DNA of 64,000 nt from Felis catus (Eukaryota), in NCBI RefSeq assembly GCF_018350175.1, contig NC_058374.1, positions 132,370,001 to 132,434,000 on the forward strand. Reading direction: 5' to 3'. Below the pieces are notes generated by a model that saw only the letters and a program-made list of their open reading frames with translations, was not told the DNA's origin and ran no database searches. The translations under genes were made by a program, and so were the position numbers. Below, piece by piece: positions 45,111 through 55,665 of this stretch (position 1 is the first letter of the stretch; each line of letters begins with the position of its first letter).

Positions 45111-47530
45111 GTATAAATGTAAAATAGGCTCCTTGGTCACCGAAGGCCAGCAAAGGCCAACGCCTCCCCACACTTGACCCTGGGTCATCCGCAGACCCGC
45201 CCTGCAGGGTTAAGGATTGGCATCTTCTTAGCACTCTGAGTTTGGCTTCTTCTTTGTTTATGATCCCCGGGGATTTCTTCAGTGTTTTGGAAGCTCAGCT
45301 GGGCATTTAAAGGAATGTTTGCTCTGCCTTAGCTAGTAACTCTAAGTATCTAAGCCAATCACAAAATATCCAATATTCCAAATCTCTCTCAACTCCGGCC
45401 ACTTCCAACCATCCCCACAGCCTCAGCTGTGTCCCCGCCTCATTCTCGCTCACCAGGGTTCCTTCCTGCTTCATCCCTCCTGTGACTGGAGATGCCCAGA
45501 GCCTGTGGATGTCTGGGGGAGGGGGGAGGGGGGAGGGGGAGGTGCCTCAGCCCTGGCTTCCTTTGCAGACCCCCTGCGTGGACCAGGCGGCCTTGGGCCT
45601 TGAGCTCTCGGAGCCAGAGCCCTCTTTGAAGTGCGAACTCGCAGAAGCCAGCAGCCTGAACAAAGAGGGTGCCACGGGCACCCAGGCCTGTGATCTGGCC
45701 TGAGGGGGTCTTGCCGTCTGGACACAACCACGCTGACCGCTCCCCCCCCCTCCACCCTTCACTTCAGACAGCGCTTGACAAGGGCAGAAAAACCGCTGCC
45801 CTTACAGCTTTGAAAAAATGACAGAGTAATTGTGCACGCTTGTTCTTGCCCCATCCCGGCACCTCGTGGCTGACCCGTACCCCTGGAGAGGCCCACGAAT
45901 AGAAGGTAAGGGCGGGGGGGGGGGCTATGTCAGGCATCACCGGGCAGATGAACTCTGTGACACCAACAGTGACCCTGACGCACTTCAAACAGCAAAGCCT
46001 GCCCTCTGAGAGGCCTTGCGTGGTGCACCCCCCCCCCGGCCCCCAGAACGAACCCCCCAGTCCTCCTTGAGAAGCCGTTGTGGTCACACTCATGGCACGG
46101 CTTGCGACGAGAGACAGCAGGGACTCTAAATCTCTGAACGCACCCGCCTCGCGAGGGCACACTCTTGTTACCGGTCCCAGAGAGCGTGGGGCTTGAAGGC
46201 GGGAGTCCGGAGCAAAGCCCCCTCTCCTACTGAGGGCGGTATGACTTCAGGCAAATGACACAGCTCCTCATTTGAGGGGGAGGGGAAGCCGGGAGAGGGG
46301 AGGGGAAGGGGTGAAGGGAGCCAGTAAAGCACTCACTGGTGCTCCGCGGGTAGCAGGTGCGCTGGCCAGATGAGCAGGTGGCGTGGAGGAGGTGCCACGG
46401 AGGAGGGCCAGCCCTCACCCACCTTCCCACCCATCTGCCTGCCAGGGACACACTCCCACTTGCCCTGCCGGCCGGGGACCAGTTGGATGAGTCGCACTGG
46501 GGCCCCAGGTCTGCTGCTCGGCCACTCCCCAGCCTCACCGACCCCAGTGGGAGGTGGACCCTTGGTGACAATTAGAGAAACGACCAATGGAGGGCCTAGC
46601 GTCTGTGTCTCAGGCGCTGGGCTGTGAGACGCGGCCCCGCCCTTAGGGACCTGGGAGGACAAACCCACAGGTGGGGGCCTGGGAGGCACCTGGAGAGGCG
46701 CCAGGGTGGGAGGGGAGAGCACCTTGGCAGGCTGCCAGGTGGACGACTCGGGACACGATCCTGACTCCGGACACGATCGGGACACGATCCTGAGGACAGC
46801 CGGCTCCCAAGAGGCCTGAGGCAGGGGCCGCCAGCCCCCAGTGGCACTCGTGTGGAGGAAGTAGGGGGAGCGCGGGTAGGAACGGAGGCTGGCAGACCAG
46901 AGAGGCTTTGCCAAAGACCGGGCGGGACTGGTGGGGACTGTGCAGGGTGGGGAGACATCTGAGAGGCGAGACACCGGGGGTTTCATAAGGGGGTGGGGGT
47001 GCTGTAGGAGGGGAAGACTGGGGGGGGGGAACACCTGCTCAAGGCCCCGCAAACGGGGGGCAATGGATGGACACAGGTGTGGCTCAGGAGCAGAGCGACA
47101 GGCCCTCGAAGAAGGTTTGGGTTTGCCTGGGGCCGCTGCTCTTGAACCCGTGAGGCAGGCCGTGGGGAGAGGGCTCCTCGTGGCTGCTCCTCTCCCAAGC
47201 TCTGTGGCAAGAAACTTGTTAGGGACGCAGCCCTACAGACCCCTCCGCTGCAGCCACTGTGATTCCAAGTGGGGAGCGGGCAGTGGAGGGACCTCCCCCT
47301 CCCTCGTGCCCGCCTGCCTGGCCTTCTCCAGGTTCAGAAAGTGGCAACACCTCAGCCTTACCAGCCTTACCTGTGTAGGGTCCTCCCCTCCAGCTCAGTT
47401 CACTGGCAGGTGGTGGGGTGGAAGGAGGGTGGGAGGTGGCGAGCTCTGAAATGGGCCACAGCTGGAGGGGCAGCAGCCCCTCCCCTCCCCTCCCCTGCAG
47501 CAGGAGAGGCCCTGATGTTTTGGTGGGACT

Positions 47531-47668
47531 TTTTTGAGATTTTTTTTTAAAGTAGGCTTCATGCCCAGAACGGAGCCCAATATGGGGCTTGACCTCATGT
47601 TCCTGAGATCAAGACCCGAGCTGAGATCAAGATCGGATACTTAACCAACCAAGTGGCCCAGGCACCCC
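47531..47668 (-). mobile_element. Short older CAN-SINE downstream of the CBX6 poly(A) site
   Basis: ttttaaagtaggcttcatgcccag...ggggcttgacctcatg...ccaggcacccc. Confidence 0.85.
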
Positions 47669-47684
47669 TGGCCTGATGCTTTTA

Positions 47685-47931
47685 TTTATTTTTTTAAAGT
47701 GTATTCATTTATTATTTCTGAGAGAGAGAGAGAGAGAGAGGGAGAGAGCACACAGGAGGAGAAGGGACAGAGAAAGAAAGAGGGACGGAGGGAGGCAGAC
47801 AGACACAGAATCCAAGGCAGGCTCCAGGCTCTGAGCACAGGGCCTGACTCGGGCTCGAACTCCCAAACCGCGAGATCGTGTGACCTGAGCAGAAGTCAGA
47901 TGCTCAACCGACTGAGCCACCCAGGTGCTCC
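47685..47931 (-). mobile_element. CAN-SINE immediately downstream of the CBX6 poly(A) site
   Basis: Perfect TSD GGCCTGATGCTTTTA at 47670-47684 and 47933-47947. Confidence 0.92.
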
Positions 47932-48009
47932 AGGCCTGATGCTTTTAAAGGCCACAGTCACAGCCTGTTAGAAATGAGACAGACACACGCCCACTGTAGG
48001 GGCCGGACC

Positions 48010-49069
48010 TTTGCTTCGGAATGTGACAATTTATTTGGGGGGCAAAAGAGGCTTTTCACTCCCCCTTCCTGGCATTGATACAACATTGAAAAGCAGCAGA
48101 ACGAAACGTACAAGACGAGAGTAATCGGCACAGACCCCCCTCCCCCCGGCCCAGAAACAACCGAATCCAGAACAGAACCGAAACCCACACCCAAAACGAG
48201 CCGTCTTCTCCACCCGCCACCTCGGGGAGGGGGCAGGTGGACTGGGGGCCCCACCCCCGCGTGGGGGTGGGGGCTCCATTTCTGGTTCCCTCTCTTTCAC
48301 CACTGGAGGCAAAGTTTAGCCAGCTGGGAGCTGGATGGTTGAACCACAGACAAAGGCAACAACACTTCATTTTTAAAATGAGAGAGAAAAGAGACCGCGC
48401 CCCTCCCCAGATATAGAGCTATATATGTATATTTTTATATATATAGAATTCATTCGTGCACAGTTCATTCAATGAGCTTTTCAAAAACTAAAAAAAAAAA
48501 AAAAAAAAAAATCATACGATACGTTTCTTTAGGCCTTTGTGTTTTTAAATTAAAAGAAACGAAAAGTGCCCATCTGCACTCCACCCAACAGCCAGGGAAA
48601 GGCCCCAGAACCCGTTCTTTCTACCTTGACCTCTCGCAAGGGGTTCCCCCCGTGACACCATCAGCCTCCCTTTACCTAACTGAAGCTCTGCATACAGTTG
48701 GCGCTCACTCGCCGCTCGGAGTGGGGTACCGACTCCTTCAAGGTGGGGCAGGGAGACCCCGCAGGCCTGGGAGCTGGGGTCCTCTGTCCCCGCTCGGCCC
48801 GTCACCCTAGTTCGGCATGTTGGTGACTGTCAGCCAGACGGAGGCAGGCGAGGGAGACAGGCTCCTGGTTTTAGCCCCAACCTCCTTTCTGAATCTGAGA
48901 GGAGATGCAGACAGAAAAAAAACAGAAACCTTTAAACACTTTCCTTGTCTTTTTCAAAGTGATTCCTTAAACCATACAAGCCCCCAAGAGGCTGCCTTGG
49001 GCTAGTGCATGGGAGCCGGAAAGTGGAACTGACCATGTGGGGCTCCACCGTCTGGCGTGGGCCAAGTGC

Positions 49070-49100
<31 letters not shown>

Positions 49101-52100
49101 CACCCCCCCCCCCGAAACCAACAACAACAACAACAACAAAACAAAGCCCCCAAAACCCACCCCAACCCAAAAAACCAACAAAACCCAGAAAGGTGAGAAA
49201 AGGTGGTATGTCCACTCGGGTCCCCGCGGAGGCTGAAGAGGCTGGTGATGACCCAACCGCTCTGACCTCACTGCTTCCTCCTTGGGGCGGACCTCTTGCC
49301 CAGACCGCCCGGCAGCGGGGAGCCGGCCAGCTCTCTAGCAGCTTCGGCACCCAGGCCCCCACCTTTGGGAGGGGCTTTTCCCAAAATACCAGGGCAGCTG
49401 GGCGCTTCACCCCGCGAAGCAGCTTTGCCTCGTGGGGCCCTAGTTTCCAGGTCTCTTAAGTGGGGCGCTCTCCGCCCACCTCACACTGACGTCGGGCCTT
49501 GATCAGCCCTTCTCATTTTGCCCCGGGCCCCTGCAGGGGGCAGGAATGAAAGGGGGCTGTGGGAAGCTAGAGGCCCCGGCGCCAGCAACCTCGACCGCCA
49601 CCGGATCCTCAGCAGCTGCCTGGACACCAGCGGTGCTTTACGAAGAGGCCTTGCCGCCCAATACACCCATTTCACAGAAGGGCACGCTCAGGGTCGGAGA
49701 GGGAAATGAAGACGGAGGTGTCCCAATTTCCCATCTCAAACCAGAGACACGGGACCTCACCTGTTTCCTATGACACGTGGGCGGGGAGGAGGAGGTGGCG
49801 TTAAGGGGAGAATGACCGATGCCCCAACCGCTACTGAACGTGGGAAGAGATCGGGCTTTGAGGGATATTTCACATATAAAAATAAAGCGAACCAGAATGC
49901 GACTTCTGCTTGGTAGTTAGGTAAACGGAAAAGCAGCAAGGGGAGAGGGAGGGCCCGGAGAAGGCTGATTCGTGCAAGAGTGTGTGTGTGTGTGTGTGGG
50001 GGGGGTTATGGGTTTCCCGCTCAGAGCCACCCTCGGAGAGGTAGGAGGGCTCCGCTTGCTCTGGACCCTGTGCCCACCTAGACCCCCCCCAGGGGAGGTG
50101 CCCACCTCGAAGCAGCGTGCGCGTGTGCCTCTGCGTGTGCGGAGGTGGGGTGGGGCCACGCGGCGGGGGGGCAGGGGCAGGCATTCCCTTCCCCCCATGG
50201 TCCCCCCCAGTCCCTCTGGATCACCGCCTAAGATTCTCCCGGAGTCTACAGCTCCTTCTTCCTGAAGCCTGCAACCCCCACCCGGCCAGGCAAACTCAGG
50301 GGCGTCACGGTCTTTGGGGTGATGGGGAGGGAGGGACCAGAGGACGGGACACGCTGGCAACCAAACGGAAGAGAGCAAGGAACCCAACTGTATCCACTCA
50401 CCAGCCTTCCTGGAGAAAGTCACCGATGACACAACAGTGGGGCTCCCGCTGACCCCCACCCTCCCCAAACGTGGGCTCCAAGCCCCGGGCCCCTGCAGTT
50501 CTGGCTAGTTCCCTTGGGGACAGCTGTCTTCCTTCCCTTTGAAGGAGGGTAGGTGTGGAGTGTGGGCCCAGGACAGGAGGGAGGCCTCCCCACCTCGGGC
50601 CAAGGAGAGAGAGCAGGGACCCCAGGGACCGGCAGCCGGGTCTGGGTTTCCGTCCCCGGTTCCTAACATTGCCACCTCGCCTGTGCAATCATTGCTTCAC
50701 TAGTTTTTCTTTAAATATCTCTTTCTCTCCCCCCCACTCCCGCCCCAGCCCCATAGGAATCCCACGATATTTTTTTCTATTTCTTTTTTTTTTTCCTCTT
50801 TTTTTGTTTTTTGTTTTTCTGCAAAACTAACTCTTTCACTTTCCTGTCATAAAATCACCTCTGAAAACACAACTTCTTTACAAAAAAAAGTCACGAATGA
50901 CACGGACTCTCAGGAAAACACATTTCTATGGTCTCTGGAAACACCTGTAACTGGCACCCAGGTGGTCGTTCACCTGGGGTGAGGGGTCGGGTGGGGGGGG
51001 GGGAGTCCCCTCCGAGGACAGAGGAGAGATACCAGCCCTTCTTTGGGGAGGGGGGAAGCCAATTGGCACTTGGACGGCCACAGAGCCGACACAAAGGGCA
51101 GGGTGGGGAGGGGTCTAGGAGTGCCAGCCCCCCAAACCCTGTGAGGGCCCTTGTTCTACATCCTGGGGCGGGGAGGGACGGGGGCCACGCCACAGCCCCC
51201 CGCAGGGAGATTCGGAAGAACGAGTCCTCCTGTACTTCGGGCAAAGGCATTTGCTACCTAACAGGATTCCCTTTCTGCCTCCTTCGACCACCTTTTGCCA
51301 TCACGCTTCTGGGCTGACACACCCCTGGCCGCACACACCACGAAGCTCCCCTGGGCGACGCACAGGGACAGGCCATTCAGGCCAGACTGACAGCTGGGGC
51401 CGGCCGGCAGGGTGGCCTCCCGCAGGGCACGGGAGCCCTGGTCTCGCCCCCCCTCCCCCTCCCAAAGAACACAGGCCCCCTCTTTGGTCGCCCCCTTTGG
51501 CCTGCCTGCCCTCCCAGTGCCCGGCCTAAAGCTGGGGTGGGTCTCTGCCATTGGCATGGACGGCCACTGGCATGGCCCGGAGCTACCCACAGCTTCGAGC
51601 AGGCTGTGCTGGGAGGAGGAAGCCTCAGCAGTCGGCCGCAAGAGAGAGGGAGGGGGCGGGCGAAGCCGGAGGCCCCCCACCCCCACCCCCAGAATGGTGT
51701 CCAGGCTTCCTCTCCCCCTCCTCTGCCCCTCCCCCCCACCCCAGGGACGGGGGAAGAAGGGGATGGCCCGGGCGGGGGTCTCCCCCTTCCACCTCAGCCC
51801 CCACCATGCCGTGTCTGCAGCAGAGGCCCGGCTGGTTGCGCCCACCACCCCGAGGAGGAGGGCTTGGGGGCACACACACCAGCACTGGGGGGCTGAGGGG
51901 ATCAGCCTGTGGCCCCACAGCAAACTCCTCGGGCCCGAGCCAGGTCTGGGCAAGGAAAGGTCCAGGCCTTCGACGACCCTATTCCGTGGAACCCTCAAGG
52001 GGGCCGCCTGAAAGCCCGGGCCCAGCGCACATATGCGTAGGCGCACAGACACGCCAAGGGGCGGCAGATGAGTGCGCCAGCTGGAAGTTTCTACAGCAGG

Positions 52101-52852
52101 TTCTTGTAGCACCTTTGGTGGAGAACTGAAGGGGCCTTTAAAGATGCTAGGAGGCTGTGGCAAGGGGAGGTCCCTGCCAGTCCCTCCCACCTTTGAGATG
52201 GGGATTGGGAAAGAGACTGGGTGGGGTGGAGCCTAAGGGGACCTGCTTGGGTCTTGGCCAAAAGCGGGCAGGAAGACCCAGGCCTCCGGTCCAGCTCCTG
52301 CTGCATTCGTTGATATGGAGGGAGGGGCCGAAGCTGGCCTCACCTCAACCTCTGTCTGGGCTTTGCCATCCCTGCCCCTCCTGCCCAGGCATCTGGGGGA
52401 AGGAAAGAGGCAGTGCCCATACGGGGAAGGGGTCTCCTAAGGGGCCCCGCAGCTGCCGGGTTAGCACCGAGAAATCAGATGCTGTGTGCGCGAGCTGGAA
52501 GCAAGCCGGGGGAGAGAGAGCGGGATGTGGAGGAGGCAGCCAACTCTGGGTTCCGGGGCTCCCCAGGAGCCCCCCAGCGGGCCCCACCATGCATGGGCTG
52601 GGAGGGTGCCAAGAGACAAGGAGGAGGACTTCTGAGTGCCCTGGCCCCACCCCGGCCCAAATCCGTTCCGGGACGGCCGCTCCCCCAGGCTTCGGGGGGG
52701 TTCCAACCGCCCAGCCCCCTCCCGGGGTCAACACCGAGCCATCTGAAACAAGCAAAGCACGGGCAGAGGTGTCTGAGGGCAGGGGTGGGGGCAAGAGCAG
52801 GGCTCTGGGCAGGAGGGCCCCCCCAGCCCCCCCCCACCTCGGTGGAGCCCCT
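48010..52852 (-). other. CBX6: CBX6 3'UTR (about 4.8 kb)
   Basis: Repeat-poor GC-rich sequence running from the stop codon to the AATAAA at 48030-48035. Confidence 0.7.
48030..48035 (-). terminator. CBX6: CBX6 distal polyadenylation signal AATAAA
   Basis: TTTATT on the plus strand, with a GU-rich element (GTGGGCGTGTGTCTGTCTC) about 35-55 nt downstream on the minus strand. Confidence 0.75.
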
Positions 52853-53854
52853 TCACTTGCTCACCCCGCTGCCGCCACCACCCCCAGTGGCACCTGCTAN
52901 NNNNNNNNNNNNNNNNNNNNNNNNNNNNNNNNNNNNNNNNNNNNNNNNNNNNNNNNNNNNNNNNNNNNNNNNNNNNNNNNNNNNNNNNNNNNNNNNNNNN
53001 NNNNNNNNNNNNNNNNNNNNNNNNNNNNNNNNNNNNNNNGAGGAGGCGCCGGCAGGCTCAGGGGCCACGGGAGGCGCCTGGCCCGTGGCAGCCGTGACGT
53101 CGGGAGGCACCCTCTTGCTGGTGGCCGCCACCTCGGGAGGGATGGACAGGTCGAGCACCTCAGGCTCACGCCAGTCGGGAGCAGATGGGCTCATGGTCTC
53201 AGGGAGCAGCTTGGGGGGCGCGTCATCGGGGTCGGAGGAGGACTGCGGTGCCGGGGAGGGGCAGCCGGAGGAGCTGGAGCTGCGGGCGTCATAGGGGGCG
53301 GCGGGGGCCGCCAGCAGCAGCCCGGGGCCCGGGGAGGCGGCAGGGTCGGCCTTGCCCGCTGGCGGGGGAGGCGGAGGGCCGGGCGGGGGCTTATTGTACA
53401 GCGCGAAGGTGCCGAACTTCATGTGGCGGATCTGGGTGCGCAGGATGCTCTCGCTGAACTTCTTGCTTTTGCCGATGACGCGGTTCCTGGAGGGGACTTT
53501 GGGGCGAGCGAGGGCTCCTGCCCCCTGCCCGGTGCCCGCTCCACCCGTGCCCTTGTCGATCACCTTCAGGTTCAGGATGATGCGGTTTCGCTTGGGCTCC
53601 CGAGGCTTCACCTTGCGATTGATGATGCGCACCGTCTCAGAGAAAGGGGAGATGGGTGGGCGCAGGCCAGGGCTGCCTCCCTGGGGGTCCGGGCGGGGCA
53701 GCGGGCGGCGGGACATGCGGTGGCAGCGGCGGATGTCCTTCTTGAGCCGGTGCACGGCCGCGCTGGAGTGCAGCTTGGGCGAGGAGGCGCTGGCACTTGG
53801 CTTGACAGAGAAATGCACGTCACTGATGCGGAGGGCCTCAGCCTGGGCTCGCGC
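52853..53854 (-). CDS. CBX6: CBX6 exon 5 coding part (1002 nt including TGA; Pc box hidden in N gap 52900-53039)
   Basis: [57 protein letters not shown]...[12 protein letters not shown]...GGGGSGVSK*. Acceptor is cacAG|GCG. The frame is preserved across the gap. Predicted total is about 415 aa. Confidence 0.97.
   Translation of the reverse strand, partial: ARAQAEALRISDVHFSVKPSASASSPKLHSSAAVHRLKKDIRRCHRMSRRPLPRPDPQGGSPGLRPPISPFSETVRIINRKVKPREPKRNRIILNLKVIDKGTGGAGTGQGAGALARPKVPSRNRVIGKSKKFSESILRTQIRHMKFGTFALYNKPPPGPPPPPPAGKADPAASPGPGLLLAAPAAPYDARSSSSSGCPSPAPQSSSDPDDAPPKLLPETMSPSAPDWREPEVLDLSIPPEVAATSKRVPPDVTAATGQAPPVAPEPAGASXXXXXXXXXXXXXXXXXXXXXXXXXXXXXXXXXXXXXXXXXXXXXXXXAGATGGGGGSGVSK
52900..53039. 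other. Assembly gap (140 N) covering the CBX6 Pc box
   Basis: N run; frame preserved. Confidence 0.99.
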
Positions 53855-55646
53855 CTGTGGGGCAGAGGGAAGGGCTGAGCGGGGGCTCGGCTTCCTGCTG
53901 ACCTCCTCCGGGTGCTCCTGCGCCAGCCACCCACGAGTACGGTCCCGTTACGCTACCCTGCGAGCCCTTCAGAGAATCAGCTGTGCTCCCGACCCCGGCT
54001 TAGAGATAAAAGGAAGCCCATTCGGACAGGTGAAGCAAAGTGCACGAGGCCTGAAAGCAGGTCTCACCCCCGTCGGGGCCCGCCACGGCTTGGCGGTGGG
54101 GCCCTGGGACAGATAGGGTGGGGGCTGCCCTTGCTGACACAGAGGAGTGTCCTCGATCAGGACACGACCCAGAAAGCACACCCTTTGCTCAGAAGCCCCG
54201 GACCAACTCTGCTCGGTGAAGGATCCCAGCCTAGCCTGGCACCCCTCCACAGACCGATACTCGGGGACAGAAAGAAGGGGGAGGCTCCTCCCTGCTTCAC
54301 TCCACACCCCAACGCCACTGACCTACTCGCAGGGTCCCAAATGCTCTGTGCCCTGTCTCTGAACGGGCTACACTTCCAGATTGGATTTGCCTCCCCAGCT
54401 GATCACCCCTGGGACAGATCCTTAGCTCTCAGCCCCTCCTGTATGCTCGCATATGCCCTCCTGTATGCTGCCCTTCCCTTCCCGGGTCTGACTCATGTCT
54501 GCCCAGGATCTGGCTCAAGGCCTGGGTCTGAGCAAATCAGTGCCAGTGAATTCCAAAGCCGGCACCCAAAGCCTCGGTTGGAACCCACCCCAGCGAGACA
54601 TGGGTTTGGTGGGGATGAACCAAGAGGTGGGAACAGCTCCGAATCCGTGCCAAGGTGGCCTGAGGGCTGGATGGCTGAGTGAGCCTGTGGGGCCAGTGAA
54701 AAATGTCCCCCGCTCTCAGGCTCAGCTGCACTCCCAGGTGTGAGGCGTGTAAGGCCCCAGGGCTCTGTAGGAGCTCACTTCACTGAAGATGTGGGGTGTG
54801 GCAGGGCCCCCAGAGTCCTCAAGTTCAGGGCAAGGGACTCACAAGGCCATCAAGACCGTCCTCCATGGCCAATCCTTCCTTCACTAACAAAACACTAGTC
54901 ACAAGCCAGCTGCTTGGAGCTGGAACTATAACCGGAGCCTCTCCCCTAGGGGCTGCCCTCCATGGAGAGGACAGGTCACAGGCAGTTATGACACTGGGTG
55001 ACCGACTCAATGTAAGAAAGGACGTACGGGGCCTAGAGGAGCAGAGATCAGGCGCACGGGCCCGTCTTGGAGGATGAAGCCTAAGCAGGAGGGAGCCGTG
55101 GTCCCTTCTGAGCCTGACACGCCCCAGGCTGCTGCAGAGGTCCCGTGGCCTGCCGCACGGACGCCACTAAGACAAACAGTGGGAGCAGAGAGCCCAGCAG
55201 TGGGAGGATGTAGCGGGCAAGGGACTGAAAGCAATGGCTGGAGAGAGCGGAGGCGATGACAGAACTGTCACCTACAGATACCTTGGCTCCCGGTGGGGGA
55301 GACGCGCTAGGCTGTCTCCTCCAACCTGGGTGGGCCGAGAGGGAGAACACATTCCCACGGTCGGCCCGTGAGCTCCGCAAGAGTGAGACCTGTAGTTTGG
55401 GGTCTCTCTACATCCCACCCCACAGCACTAGACACTTAGCCAGTCCCTGCGAGGTGGCCTGTGTGCCCCTCAGGCAAAACTACATCGTATTTGACCACAA
55501 CCGCCCAGAAGCGGGGTTTGCGGACTTCTTCACTGCATTAGCGAGGATCGTCTTTAGAAGGTGGTGGAAACATGCTTCAACGCCACATGGCCCTCCTGGC
55601 CACGCTGGGGGGGGTCTCCTGAGGGCTGCTTGGCCAATGGTCCCTC

Positions 55647-55665
55647 CGGGCACTAGGTGGCAGCA
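55647..55665 (+). promoter_or_regulatory. Candidate CTCF site in CBX6 intron 4
   Basis: CGGGCACTAGGTGGCAGCA matches the CTCF core CCAC(C/T)AG(A/G)(G/T)GGC(A/G) with one departure (G at the first core C). Confidence 0.5.

Noticed and set aside
52157-54116. Long plus-strand ORFs (573, 293 and 254 aa) antisense to CBX6 exon 5
   Set aside because: These are stop-poor shadow frames of a very GC-rich coding exon. They run through an N gap and have no recognisable domain or splice structure.
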